Assembly: GCA_965223665.1 (NCBI GenBank)
Contig: OZ245011.1
Coordinates: 3,264,001-3,328,000 of the forward strand
Source: Nitrospinaceae bacterium
GTDB taxonomy: Bacteria; Nitrospinota; Nitrospinia; Nitrospinales; Nitrospinaceae
DNA: 64,000 nt
Direction of reading: 5' to 3'
The notes below the pieces were generated by a model. That model searched no databases. It saw only the letters and a program-made list of their open reading frames with translations, and had not been told where the DNA came from. This document shows positions 41,101 through 50,932 of this stretch, in pieces. Position numbers and translations under genes: made by a program. The number at the start of each line of letters is the position of its first letter. The stretch's first letter is position 1.

Positions 41101-41721
41101 AGCTTTTCGTGCACCAATAAGAGAGGCCTTTGTCTCAAGAATATCCTGCTGAGTTTCGAACAATATTAAATCTGCGCCACCGTCTATTAATCCTTCGATT
41201 TGCACCTGATTATTTTCAACAATTTGATTAAAAGTTGCTTGGGCTAAGTTTGCTTGTGTACTGGAAATCACATAATTGGAAGGGCCAATGGAACCTGCGA
41301 CAAACAAGGGGCGTCCATCGTAATCATTTGAGCTTTTATACTTATCAATAGCTCGGCACCCGACTTCACAACCAAAGCGACTCATCTGATAAGCGATAGC
41401 ATTTAAGTCCCCTTGTTTTAAATCTAAACCCTCAGGAATAGCTGACATTTTACTTGAGTCGATTTGATTCCAATCAAATTCCTTGAGACGCAATGGGGAA
41501 GCCCCAAATGTGTTGGTCTCAATAATATTAGCGCCCGCCTGCAAATACTCCCGATGGATATTCTCTATGTCTTCTGGGCGGGAAAAAAGTAACAAGTCAG
41601 TCATCATACGAAATAGAGAGCCACCAAAATCTTCATCGGTGACATCTAAATTTTGCACCATGGTGCCCATGGCTCCATCAAGCAGCAGTACTTTTTGTTT
41701 TAAAATATCTTCAAATTTCAT
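38104..41721 (-). CDS. metH: Cobalamin-dependent methionine synthase
   Basis: LDGAMGT, GMNC, GGCCGT, IGERLN pterin domain, DVHSIGK B12 motif, RYSPGYP. Confidence 0.93.
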   Translation of the reverse strand: MKFEDILKQKVLLLDGAMGTMVQNLDVTDEDFGGSLFRMMTDLLLFSRPEDIENIHREYLQAGANIIETNTFGASPLRLKEFDWNQIDSSKMSAIPEGLDLKQGDLNAIAYQMSRFGCEVGCRAIDKYKSSNDYDGRPLFVAGSIGPSNYVISSTQANLAQATFNQIVENNQVQIEGLIDGGADLILFETQQDILETKASLIGARKAFKKKNKFLPVIAQVTVDTFSKMQIFNTDIHAAYTAIAGMGISAFGMNCNVGPLELVDTVKRLSQICPHPISVVPNAGQPVSEDGQTCYKLEPNEMANIMESFVKEYGVSIVGGCCGTRPDHIRSLRKMIGNAIPKPRETDNRTYISGPQEVVVLDSKDGLICIGERLNVRGSKKVRDAVEQDEGVKLDILEEVVHEQIADLGMEIIDVCMDSNIVETEKILPKVIHDLTSDFKATMCIDSFSVEALEEGLTTYPGRPIINSISLEEYRPGESKLDAVLSSTKDHHPVYIALVNGPEGPAITADEKYQLASEIVQQSLNKHGVTPDQILVDINAYPIGSESKEGMNFCKEALDSLPRIKSIHPDLKTSIGVGNLTAGLAQKPYMRKVLTSVFLDEARQRGLDCAILNPNHFVPKESLPPEDVDLAKKIILDHDMEAFEKLEEVALKKKTGKVSKKFDYNALELEESICRKILDGVKEKSEGTIEKNGLVYTYHDKIVLQATQVIDKHEPLSFISDYLMKTMRELGDGFGRGEVSLPHLLKSADVMRNVMGFLEAYMRHQSGVEPGAAIDYKGTVVIGTVYQDVHSIGKDLAKTLLENYGYRAVDLGVQVPLENFVETARKEKADAIGMSALLVQTSNHMITVARMLKEQKYEIPILIGGAPVNDRHAGYVAMHGQDDLQNIIPNIFYCESGMDGVNTMNSLADQQQKAEVLDKNREKLIHSYQRAKGIEEDKKKLLSTLKRRKVNFKKYQVRQNGYGVHKIEFKLDKLASSIDTKSLYSLNWKFGKKSSWAKKGVKLEQLKELQKDWLEKSQANSWIIPKARFALLPAQSDGDDLVIYDPNQPDNELKRINFNVCVGQGKKDIFSVAQYFHSKDSGIMDVVGLQITTAGQSLEKAVDNFKKENDTESALYLQGLGDRVAEDFAEYIHQLLKVRTGRKKDEKGNRYSPGYPSLEDLVNNRVIYEILQPQDLGISLTEANEFDPPSTTAALVCFHPDAGYF

Positions 41722-41890
41722 TTTTTAGGCAATAAATTATTAGGAGTTGGATAATTTTATTCTACTTAATATTCCCGGTTTTGATGAAAAATACGAAGAA
41801 AAGGTTTAAATTCAATGTAAATTGGGAGTAATACTTTATTTTATGGGATATTAATATAATAACCTACTTCTAAATTTAAACTATTAATTT

Positions 41891-43036
41891 ATGTTCTATT
41901 TAAAAAGCTTTGGTTTAACTCTAATTATAATTTTTTCTTTTTTAAAGGGTACCCTTAATGGTGAAACCCAACGTATTGTATCTTCCATTGAAGAAATGCA
42001 CCTAACGTATCCCAAGGACATACAAATCAACATATTTGCCAGCCATGTGCCGAGAGCCCGTCATATGGCTTTTGATGACCAAGGTATTTTATTTGTTACT
42101 CAAACAAGACAAGGAAATGTTTCAGCTTTGCCTGATCTAAATCGGAATGGAAAAGCGGATCAAATCGTTTCAATACTTAAAAACCGAAACTCTCCTCATG
42201 GAATAGCTTTTACGCAAATCGGAAATGATTATTTTTTGTATATTGCTGAAGAGGATCAAGTGGTCCGATTTAAACGTCTCAAAAAGCCATTTCACTATGG
42301 AGAGGAACAGGTCATTGTTGCTGGAATTCCAACGGGAGGACATTTTACTAGAACAATAAAAATAAAAAATGACAAACTTTATCTTTCTGTAGGTTCTTCT
42401 TGTAATGTTTGTATTGAGGAGAATCCCTTGCGTGCGGCAATCTCAAGTTATAATTTAGATGGGACCCGACATGAGATTTTTGCCGAAGGGCTCCGAAATT
42501 CTGTTGGTATTGAGTTTTCTCCTTATTCAGGTGAACTGTGGGGAGTCAATAATGGCCGTGACTGGCAAGGCGACGACCACCCACGAGAGGAATTGAATAT
42601 CATTAAAAAGGGTAAACATTATGGTTGGCCTTATTGTCATGAAAAAAATGTGCCTGACCCTGAATACGGGAGAATAATGGATTGTAAAATAACTGAACCT
42701 CCTGCCTATACATTTACTGCACATATGGCACCTTTAGGTCTCGAATTTTATCTGAGAGGTAATTTGCCCGAGAAATACATAAATAGTTTGTTCATTGCTT
42801 TTCATGGGTCCTGGAACCGTTCCCAACCCGCCGGGTATAAAGTTGTAAGGGTGATTCTCGATAAAGCCGGAAAAATTTTATCGCATGAAGATTTTATTTC
42901 GGGGTGGCTCCGTCCCAACGGAAAAAAAGACGGTCGTCCAGTGGATCTTCAGCTTTCACCCCAAGGGGATTTGTATCTATCAGATGATTATGCAGGAGTG
43001 GTTTATAAAATTTCCTCAGCGCTAGGGAAAAAATAG
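41891..43036 (+). CDS. PQQ-dependent sugar/sorbosone dehydrogenase family beta-propeller protein
   Basis: GGHFTRT, SVGSSCNVC, GLRNSVG, YGWPYC, AHMAPLG, HGSWNRS, GRPVD. Confidence 0.85.
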   Translation: MFYLKSFGLTLIIIFSFLKGTLNGETQRIVSSIEEMHLTYPKDIQINIFASHVPRARHMAFDDQGILFVTQTRQGNVSALPDLNRNGKADQIVSILKNRNSPHGIAFTQIGNDYFLYIAEEDQVVRFKRLKKPFHYGEEQVIVAGIPTGGHFTRTIKIKNDKLYLSVGSSCNVCIEENPLRAAISSYNLDGTRHEIFAEGLRNSVGIEFSPYSGELWGVNNGRDWQGDDHPREELNIIKKGKHYGWPYCHEKNVPDPEYGRIMDCKITEPPAYTFTAHMAPLGLEFYLRGNLPEKYINSLFIAFHGSWNRSQPAGYKVVRVILDKAGKILSHEDFISGWLRPNGKKDGRPVDLQLSPQGDLYLSDDYAGVVYKISSALGKK

Positions 43037-43121
43037 ATCCATTAAATTTAGACGAGGAAAAGGGGGAAACCCAGTGGGGGGCTAATCTATTAAAGCCGAG
43101 ATAACCCCCGCAAAGAATTTG

Positions 43122-43922
43122 TTAATGACCTGAATGCATGGTGCTAATTTTCTTTCTTTGGTCATCGGTTAACAATTTTAATAAGCTGATTTTTGCCTCA
43201 ATCATCGTACGAATTTTTTCTGTCTTAATTTTAACGATCTTTTCTCCAACACTTCTAATTTGAGATTCGTCAACATTACCTGAATGAACCAATCTGTCTA
43301 ATTCCATATGAGCAATAGTATGATCTGCTCGGAGTTGGATATTCGTCTTGGCAAAGGAAAATTTCATTTCTTTAATTTTTTCGATTTGATCTTCATTTAA
43401 TCCCAGTTTCTTGGAAAACTTTAAAATATGGCTGAAGGGATTAGTTTTACCATGACTTCTATGATGACCCCCATGGCCACTGTGCTTTCCATGACTGCCT
43501 CCTTTATAGCCGTGTCCTCCATAGCCATGTTTTTTTGCGCCGTGTTTTGAATAACTGCCTGAGGGTTTGCCATGCCCTGGTTTATGAGGATATCCCTTAC
43601 TTCCATGGGAGTAACCATGCGGGCTGTGATGGCCGGATTTATATCCTTTCCCGGTTTTATATTTTGATCCTTCCTTCTTTTTTATATCTGGATGCTTTGG
43701 TGGTTTGCCTTTGCTTCCCTCTTTCATTTTCATTCCGAGGGAAGACGGAGATTTCCCGGGTTCTTCAAGGGAAGGGTGAACATAACTCCCTGAGGTTTCT
43801 GCAAAAATAGAAACCGGGGTAACTGTTAGCCAGGTAATAGCACTTATTAAAGACAAGATGAGGAATAGTTTCTTTTTATGGGTAATTTTCATAATGATTT
43901 CCTTTTCTAATAAATCCCTCAT
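43122..43922 (-). CDS. Exported Spy/CpxP-like protein with His/Gly/Lys-rich linker
   Basis: Signal peptide; LGLNEDQ and LLTDDQ (LTxxQ-like) motifs. Confidence 0.75.
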   Translation of the reverse strand: MRDLLEKEIIMKITHKKKLFLILSLISAITWLTVTPVSIFAETSGSYVHPSLEEPGKSPSSLGMKMKEGSKGKPPKHPDIKKKEGSKYKTGKGYKSGHHSPHGYSHGSKGYPHKPGHGKPSGSYSKHGAKKHGYGGHGYKGGSHGKHSGHGGHHRSHGKTNPFSHILKFSKKLGLNEDQIEKIKEMKFSFAKTNIQLRADHTIAHMELDRLVHSGNVDESQIRSVGEKIVKIKTEKIRTMIEAKISLLKLLTDDQRKKISTMHSGH

Positions 43923-44007
43923 ATGGCTGCTTTAATAAGTTTGGAGTTCGGTTTAAGAGCCTAATAAGGGGATATCCGGTTTGAAATTCAAAAATTCATT
44001 TGAAAAC

Positions 44008-44084
<77 letters not shown>

Positions 44085-44441
44085 ATGTTTATTTATCAAT
44101 CAGTTATAAATAATATATCGTTTATTTTATAAATGACTCTTAGGTAAGAATTTGAAATATTTTTTTAAAGGATATCAAAAATTTTGTTTAAACAATATAT
44201 CAAAATTTAAAAGTCTTTTCCCAAAAAAACCTGGTAACGGAAAATAAAAATATTTGGAAATGAGTGGAAGGATATTGTTTTTTTTCAATAAACAAAAATA
44301 TAAATGGGGTGGCAAAAAATCATTTTTATTCTTTGGCTTTGATCTCAATCATTAACTGTTATTTAGTCATGTTTTTAATAAAAACAGGTTTTTAGAATTT
44401 TGATAATACTATTTTGAAATCCGCTTTAGTAATTTATCCAT

Positions 44442-46097
44442 TTAATCTCTGACGGCTTTTCTATATAAATAACCGCCTGCAAAAATAAGGGCACCCATGA
44501 TCAATAAAGAAAGTACTTGTTGTCCCCCTCTGAGTTCAGAAAAATCCAAAATGAGAAAACGACCAAGTCCGATTAAAATGAGAGGAATTGCTCCCTTAGC
44601 CATATCTTTATCTTTTGTTGTTTTAGCCCAAAATAGTATTCCAAAAGCGTAAGCAATCCAAAGTGGAGCGATGGCAAAATACCCGATTAACTTTTTCAAT
44701 CTAAAAAGTGTGACAAATACCTGAGCGTGTCCTAAGGATAAAGTTAGGTTGGACATCGACCCCCTTATCTTATTAGACAAAATTAGAAAGATTGCTCCAA
44801 ATATTGCACCAAAAATCAATAGAAATTCAAAGTTGACTTGGCTTACACCAAAAAAGACGGTGAGATAGCTATAAAGAAGTATTAAACCCGAAACTACAAT
44901 CAGGCCAATAAAATTTTTATTGTCGATTATTTTTTTGTGAATTATTCCGAAGAGAAGTGTTAGCCCAAAAGAAAAAATGACCCGGGCAAAATCATTCATT
45001 TGGACAATAAATATTGAGTGAGCAAAAATTAAACTACAAGTCGTATAGACAACCCCTCCACTATCAAGTTCTTTTTGTTGCAATTTTCTTTGAGCTAATG
45101 AATAAATTGATAAAAAGAATACTGCAAAACCGATCGAAAAAAGAGTTGCCCAGTTCTCAGATATTTGGTCTAAGAAATAGTACTCTTGACCGTAGAAAAA
45201 AATAATCACAGGGAAAAATGCCCAAGCTTCTTTTTCTGTAAGACGTAATTTGTTTTTTAAAGAAAATAGTAGAGTTCCTATAGCGAATATAGTTAACTGA
45301 ATACCTTGAATTATAATTATTTTTGAATTTAAATCCGGATCGTTTATCTCTTTTACCATTCCAAAAAAAGCGACCAGTCCGAGAGCAAGATAAGACGAAA
45401 CAGCAATTATGAGTCTTTTTTTCAAATTTATGGAAAATAAGGAAAAAGCAATATCCCAAACTATTAAATACAGTCCCATAAGAGAAAGCTGAGAAAAAGA
45501 TTTATGAAAGAAAAAAGCTCCTAGATAGGTTCCAAAGATTGCAAGGACCGCGTAGGTTTCCTCCTCTAATTTCGTTAGCAACCACAGGGATAATAAACCA
45601 ATAATAGAAACAGACAATAATCCCAATGTGGGATCCAGGAGTTTGTGGTAAAAAACAGCTCCATAGATTGTTAAATGTAGAATGGTGATTCCAAGGGCGG
45701 GTAACAGGCTGGTGTAGCTTTTTTCTTTTAGCAAAGTGAAAAATGGGAGTGCAACCAGTCCACCTGCAAATATGGAAGCTAATATGCATTGTCTAATGGG
45801 AGTTAACCAACCACTATCTATAGAAAGTTTAATGAGTAATATAGAAGCTAAAAGGATACAGGCAGAGCCAACATATCCCAAAAAATGACTTTCCTTTTTT
45901 GAGGATGTTGGATGGGTTTGGAAAACAGGTTTTACTTGGGTATTGAACTTCATGCTCGGTTTAGGTTTTTCTATAGCGGAAGATTTTTCTGGGATATTTG
46001 ATTTGGGAAATTCCACTTTTGTCTTTTCAAGGGTGTCGATTCGTTTTTCAAGCTTTTTTAAACGATTTAGTATTTCATTTAGTACTTTGGAGCTCAT
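44442..46097 (-). CDS. DUF2339-like polytopic membrane protein
   Basis: N-terminal coiled coil (RLKKLEKRIDTLE), SIDSGWLTP.R, many TM helices, C-terminal Y.YRK. Confidence 0.75.
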   Translation of the reverse strand: MSSKVLNEILNRLKKLEKRIDTLEKTKVEFPKSNIPEKSSAIEKPKPSMKFNTQVKPVFQTHPTSSKKESHFLGYVGSACILLASILLIKLSIDSGWLTPIRQCILASIFAGGLVALPFFTLLKEKSYTSLLPALGITILHLTIYGAVFYHKLLDPTLGLLSVSIIGLLSLWLLTKLEEETYAVLAIFGTYLGAFFFHKSFSQLSLMGLYLIVWDIAFSLFSINLKKRLIIAVSSYLALGLVAFFGMVKEINDPDLNSKIIIIQGIQLTIFAIGTLLFSLKNKLRLTEKEAWAFFPVIIFFYGQEYYFLDQISENWATLFSIGFAVFFLSIYSLAQRKLQQKELDSGGVVYTTCSLIFAHSIFIVQMNDFARVIFSFGLTLLFGIIHKKIIDNKNFIGLIVVSGLILLYSYLTVFFGVSQVNFEFLLIFGAIFGAIFLILSNKIRGSMSNLTLSLGHAQVFVTLFRLKKLIGYFAIAPLWIAYAFGILFWAKTTKDKDMAKGAIPLILIGLGRFLILDFSELRGGQQVLSLLIMGALIFAGGYLYRKAVRD

Positions 46098-46360
46098 TCT
46101 TATTCCTCTATGTATTTAAAAAATCTTAAACGGAAAAACCAATTGCGCTACTTCATTAAAATCGCTTTTACAGTAATAGTATTAAGTCTCTTAACGGTAA
46201 GGAAAGGAAACTACTGAAATGGATTGAATTTAGAATTATTTGCTTATTTTGGAGTTTACCAAATTTCTAAAATACCCCTAGTTTCTCTAGAGGTGGAATT
46301 TTTAATGAAAAACCTGAAAAGTAAGGGGGGCTATAACGGAGATATCAAGAAAATGAAATT

Positions 46361-46437
46361 TGGGGTGAGCGACGGGATTTGAACCCGCGACCGCTGGAGC
46401 CACAATCCAGAGCTCTACCAACTGAGCTACGCCCACC
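46361..46437 (-). tRNA. tRNA-His (anticodon GTG) including G-1
   Basis: GGTGGGCGTAGCTCAGTTGGTAGAGC-TCTGGA-TTGTGGC-TCCAG...GGTTCAAATCCC...CTCACCCCA. Confidence 0.95.
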
Positions 46438-46549
46438 GTTATATTGGTTAAGCGTTGCAGTTTAAACTATCTGGGGATGATTTGTAAAAGAAAATATTAT
46501 TGCCCTCATTACTATTAGCCCAAGCTCAAAAGAGTTTCTTTTATTAAGT

Positions 46550-47008
46550 TTACTTTATGACCCGTAAGTGGCTTCGGTCACGTTTGGGTTTGTTGGAAGC
46601 CCCAGAAGACTCTGTGGTTTTAGGGGAGGTTTGGGCCGCTTTTGGGGTGGTCTGGGTTGTTTGTTTAGTTTTTTGTAAATGTTCAATTAGATCGATATCC
46701 TGAGGGACACTTTCTTCCCATACTTGGCCTTTTTGAGTGGAGGGCTCATAAATAGCCCAAATAGCTTCAAAAGGAATAATGCACTTATGAGGTCTACCAG
46801 CAAAGGATAGGGTGGCATAAATTCCTTCTTCATCTATTTCGATGGGCCGTCTAAAATTCAAATTAAAAATCAAATTCAAGATAGGGTTATTCTTGTGAGA
46901 TTTGGGTACGTCCACCATCGAATTTCGAGCATCCAGGCAAACCATTGCGTCTCCTTGACCCAGTAATAGATGGAGAAAATCGTATTTTTCTTTTTTTATA
47001 TCACTCAT
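46550..47008 (-). CDS. SspB-like ClpXP adaptor
   Basis: ATLSFAG....IPFEAIWAIY core, disordered tail, C-terminal RSHLRVIK ClpX-binding-like motif. Confidence 0.8.
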   Translation of the reverse strand: MSDIKKEKYDFLHLLLGQGDAMVCLDARNSMVDVPKSHKNNPILNLIFNLNFRRPIEIDEEGIYATLSFAGRPHKCIIPFEAIWAIYEPSTQKGQVWEESVPQDIDLIEHLQKTKQTTQTTPKAAQTSPKTTESSGASNKPKRDRSHLRVIK

Positions 47009-47388
47009 ATCAATACCTTAACATAAAACAGTGGCTCCTAAAAGCCATTCAATGTTAACATGCACAGCATTTCCTCTAGTTAAAAAAGATTGATATTTAT
47101 TTCCATTATTTGAAATAAATGGTTAAGGGGATTTAGGTTTTTTTATTTTAACCAGAATTTTCTATGAAAAAACTTCTCTCTATTTAAAGGGTATCGGGAT
47201 AAACTTTGTTGCATCTTTTATGGGTTGGAATTTTTCGGAGAAGATAGATTTTATTGGACCGGATGTGCATTTGTTAGCCAATAAGTAGAAAAACTTGGAA
47301 AGTAAAATCTTCCCTGCTGTACAAACCAACAAATAATATTTTTACGGGATTAAGATCCTCTTAAATGATTAAGGATGGGTGAAAAAGT

Positions 47389-48261
47389 ATGAGCAAAACA
47401 GGAATTTTAAATTGGGGTATTTTTCTTGGGATTTTATTAATCTTTGCCTCGGCTGAAGCGCAAGATGTGCGTACGCGGGAAGTTTTACCAAACATCTATA
47501 CAGTGGTTTCATCTTCCACTGAATCAGCTAATTCTACTTTTATTGTTACTAAGGAAGGCGTGATTATTATCGACCCAAGTAAAGTTAAAGGGGATTCAAA
47601 AGGACTTAAGGCTCGAATTCAAGAAATCACCCAACAACCTGCAGTTTATTTAATGAACTCCCATTTTCATACAGAAAATCTTTCAGGAAATTCGGAATTT
47701 CCCGATACGAAAATCATTGTTGCGCATTCTAAAACACAAAAAACCTTATTAAATCTATTAGCAGCCAAGAAAATTGAAGCGCGTGTTCCTAATGTTATAT
47801 TTCAAACCGGTATGGAAGTGGCCTTGGGTGGGTATCAGTTACAACTGAAACACCACGGGCCTGGGCATACTCAAGGGGATTTTTATGTTTATTTGCCTTC
47901 CTGGAGGATAATCATCACTGGAGGGTTAGTTTATAATGAAATTATTCCAGATTTAAAAGATGCTTATATTGATTTATGGATTGACACCCTGATTGAAATG
48001 GAAGATTTAGATGCTGAGATTATTGTGCCGGGCCATGGAAAACCAGGAAATAAACCCCTGGTAACTCAAACGAAACATTACTTGATGCGACTTCGCGATT
48101 GGGTTAAAGAAGGATTAGATAAGGGATTGAAATTACCTAAAATTATTGAAACAACAAAACAAAATATTCAAAAAAAATATGGAGATTGGGCGAATCAAGA
48201 CCGCATTGAAGACAATATTATTCGCGCATTTTTGGAATACAGTGCGAAAAAAGGGACATAA
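47389..48261 (+). CDS. Exported metallo-beta-lactamase-fold protein with degenerate metal site
   Basis: Signal peptide; NS..I...GVIIID, NSHFHTEN, PGHTQGD, VPGHG. Confidence 0.82.
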   Translation: MSKTGILNWGIFLGILLIFASAEAQDVRTREVLPNIYTVVSSSTESANSTFIVTKEGVIIIDPSKVKGDSKGLKARIQEITQQPAVYLMNSHFHTENLSGNSEFPDTKIIVAHSKTQKTLLNLLAAKKIEARVPNVIFQTGMEVALGGYQLQLKHHGPGHTQGDFYVYLPSWRIIITGGLVYNEIIPDLKDAYIDLWIDTLIEMEDLDAEIIVPGHGKPGNKPLVTQTKHYLMRLRDWVKEGLDKGLKLPKIIETTKQNIQKKYGDWANQDRIEDNIIRAFLEYSAKKGT

Positions 48262-48314
48262 TCTAAAACTATAGAAACATAGAAATCAATTAGGTTTAAG
48301 CACTCTAAATTATT

Positions 48315-50111
48315 TTAAAATTCAACTCCCTTTTCTGTCCAGTAATCTCTTAGGTTAGTGTCTTGGTTTAAGATCGTATCCAGGTAAGTGTGTCCACCCG
48401 GGATCATAGGAATTACATGTCCGTGGCTCTTGTCATTGTAGGGGTATTTAACGTCTAAAACATAAGGACCTTTGTGTTTTAGCATTCTTTTAAGTGCAGG
48501 GACTACTTCCTCTGGCTTACTAATGCTTTCTCCCTTTATGCCAAATGCATCGGCAATTTCGGAAAAATTGGCATCTCCAATAAAAGTATGGCCTCGTAAG
48601 GATTTATAAAATCGATCTTCCCATTGAGCAACCATCCCCAAATGCGCGTTATTGAGAACAACATTTTTGACTGGGATGTTTTCTATCTTTAAGGTTTGTA
48701 ATTCTTGAATGTTCATCAAAAAAGAACCATCTCCTTCAAAATTAATAACCTGTCGATCTGGAAAGGCGACTTGGGCACCCATTGCTGCAGGAAGTCCGTA
48801 ACCCATAGATCCTAATCCGGAAGAGCAAAGCCAGGTTCGGGGTGTATGAAACCGCCAAAACTGTGCTGCCCACATTTGATGCTGTCCGACCCCAACCGAG
48901 ACGATGGAATCCTTTTCAGCAAGTTTTTGTAATTCAGAGATTACATGTTGAGGAACAATAGCTTTTTCGTTTAATTGATAGGTCAAGGGAAACTCTTTTT
49001 TCCATTTTTGAGTTTGTTTCACCCAAGGTCCAATATTTTCCTGGGGAACTACCAATTCGTTCATCATTTTCAGGGCTTGTTTGACATCCCCCTGAATAGG
49101 TACATCAATGGCGATATTTTTATTGATTTCCGAAGGGTCGATGTCAACATGGATGAATTTAGCTCCTTTACAAAATTCAGAGAGCTTGCCTGTTACACGG
49201 TCATCAAACCTTACCCCCAGGGCAATAACCAAATCCGCTTGATTAATTGCAATATTTGCGTAAACGGCACCATGCATTCCTAACATATGCAAGGACAGGG
49301 GATCATCCATAGGAAAAGATCCCAATCCCATGACGGTATTGGTAATAGGAATACCGGTTTTCTTTACAAACTTTCTCAACTCGTCCGAGGCTTCGGCAGC
49401 CAAAATCCCTCCACCAGCATAAATTACCGGCCGCTTGGCTTCTTTAATAAAATGCATAGCCTTTTTAATTTGCTGGTTTGATGGTTTCAGGTTGGGTTTA
49501 TAGCCAGGGATATTTAAAGAAACGTTAAAGTTGGGTATTGTTTCTTGCTGTTGAATATTCTTAGGGATATCAATTAAAACAGGTCCCGGTCGTCCTGTGC
49601 TTGCAACATGGAAAGCTTCCTTCACCACTCGGGGAATATCGTTAATATCCTGGACTAAATAACTATGCTTAACCAAAGGAAATGTTGCACCAACCACGTC
49701 GGCTTCCTGAAAGGCATCACTTCCCATAACAGCGGTGGGTACTTGACCCGTAATGGCTATAATAGGAATCGAATCTAATTTTGCATCCATAATTCCTGTA
49801 AGTAAATTTGTTGCTCCCGGACCCGAGGTTGCTAGACAAACTCCTGGCCGACCGGTAGCTCGCGCATATCCACCTGCTGCAAAAGATCCCCCTTGTTCGT
49901 GCCTAGGTAATACGTGCCTGATTTTTTTACTTAAAGTGAGTGCTTGATGAATTTCCATTGAAGCACCACCAGGATATCCAAAGATAGTATCTACGCCTTC
50001 ATTTTCCAAACTTTGGACTAGAATTTCCCGTCCTTTCATAGGTTTTTGTGAAGACTTTTTGGCTTTATCAATACTGATTATTTTCTTTGCAGTGGTTTGC
50101 TTGCGGGACAT
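48315..50111 (-). CDS. ilvB: Acetolactate synthase large subunit (biosynthetic)
   Basis: FGYPGGA, RHEQG, TSGPGATN, MLGMHG, RFDDRVTG, GQHQMW, GDGSF..N. Confidence 0.95.
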   Translation of the reverse strand: MSRKQTTAKKIISIDKAKKSSQKPMKGREILVQSLENEGVDTIFGYPGGASMEIHQALTLSKKIRHVLPRHEQGGSFAAGGYARATGRPGVCLATSGPGATNLLTGIMDAKLDSIPIIAITGQVPTAVMGSDAFQEADVVGATFPLVKHSYLVQDINDIPRVVKEAFHVASTGRPGPVLIDIPKNIQQQETIPNFNVSLNIPGYKPNLKPSNQQIKKAMHFIKEAKRPVIYAGGGILAAEASDELRKFVKKTGIPITNTVMGLGSFPMDDPLSLHMLGMHGAVYANIAINQADLVIALGVRFDDRVTGKLSEFCKGAKFIHVDIDPSEINKNIAIDVPIQGDVKQALKMMNELVVPQENIGPWVKQTQKWKKEFPLTYQLNEKAIVPQHVISELQKLAEKDSIVSVGVGQHQMWAAQFWRFHTPRTWLCSSGLGSMGYGLPAAMGAQVAFPDRQVINFEGDGSFLMNIQELQTLKIENIPVKNVVLNNAHLGMVAQWEDRFYKSLRGHTFIGDANFSEIADAFGIKGESISKPEEVVPALKRMLKHKGPYVLDVKYPYNDKSHGHVIPMIPGGHTYLDTILNQDTNLRDYWTEKGVEF

Positions 50112-50314
50112 GATTTGGATGCTATTTAAAGGGTTATTAAAAAAACATATATTATATACCTGGGGATGTCAAACGGAAAGCTTTATACCCATTTACAAGT
50201 TTAATAATTACGATTTTGATAATAGGTTGAGAAAACTTCTTATGGATTTATCAGGGCAGGACATTAATCCTAGAACTTTTATATCCCCAATTTTAGCTTC
50301 AAAGCGGGTGAAAA

Positions 50315-50932
50315 TTATTTTTCGATTTTTATGCTTTTTAGAATTTGTCGAAAGTAATTTTCTGAAACATCTGGACCTTCACCAGGGCTGGACATGCTTA
50401 TTAGAAACATATATGCCCCACGTGGAACAATCCACATTCGAGACAGAGTGGGAAACTGTTGCCCCTCTTGGTTTGCCACAGTGTACCGGGCTTTCATATA
50501 AGCGGCCGGGAGACCACTGATTTGGGTCTCTTGGACTTCATGGATTAGATGAAAATCAGAAAAAGCACGTTCCATAGCCTTAACAGAAAAATTAAGGACA
50601 TTTTTTGCGGGCATTCCTTGAAGAGGGCCTAAGGGTCTAAGAATTACTTGAACGCTGGGATTGAGACTTTCGTGTGGCTCAGGGTACCTGGTAAAAGCCA
50701 CTAAGGGAGCATTTGCTTGTTTTTGCATAAGCTCTTGTAATTTTTGATCCTCTAACTGGACCCGGGCTCTATTAGCTTCAATAGCCTGAGTTGAAATGAA
50801 ACTCCATTCTGAGGGTTTAGTGATAGAAAACCCTGAGGTGGGATTGAAAAAGACATTGCTATCCTCCTTTGCAAACAGCAAAGAAGCTGGAAAACAAATA
50901 AAACAAATGAGCAAAATTGAGATTCGCTGCAT
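50315..50932 (-). CDS. Exported hypothetical protein (possible PsbP/Mog1-like fold)
   Basis: Signal peptide, GFSITKPSEW, ISGLPA, FRQILKSIKI; GGAG SD. Confidence 0.65.
   Translation of the reverse strand: MQRISILLICFICFPASLLFAKEDSNVFFNPTSGFSITKPSEWSFISTQAIEANRARVQLEDQKLQELMQKQANAPLVAFTRYPEPHESLNPSVQVILRPLGPLQGMPAKNVLNFSVKAMERAFSDFHLIHEVQETQISGLPAAYMKARYTVANQEGQQFPTLSRMWIVPRGAYMFLISMSSPGEGPDVSENYFRQILKSIKIEK

Noticed and set aside
41722-41890. Cobalamin or SAM riboswitch upstream of metH
   Set aside because: Short AT-rich divergent gap with no B12-box or S-box consensus
50059-50520. 153-aa plus-strand ORF
   Set aside because: Overlaps ilvB and the 205-aa exported protein on the opposite strand; no recognisable motif
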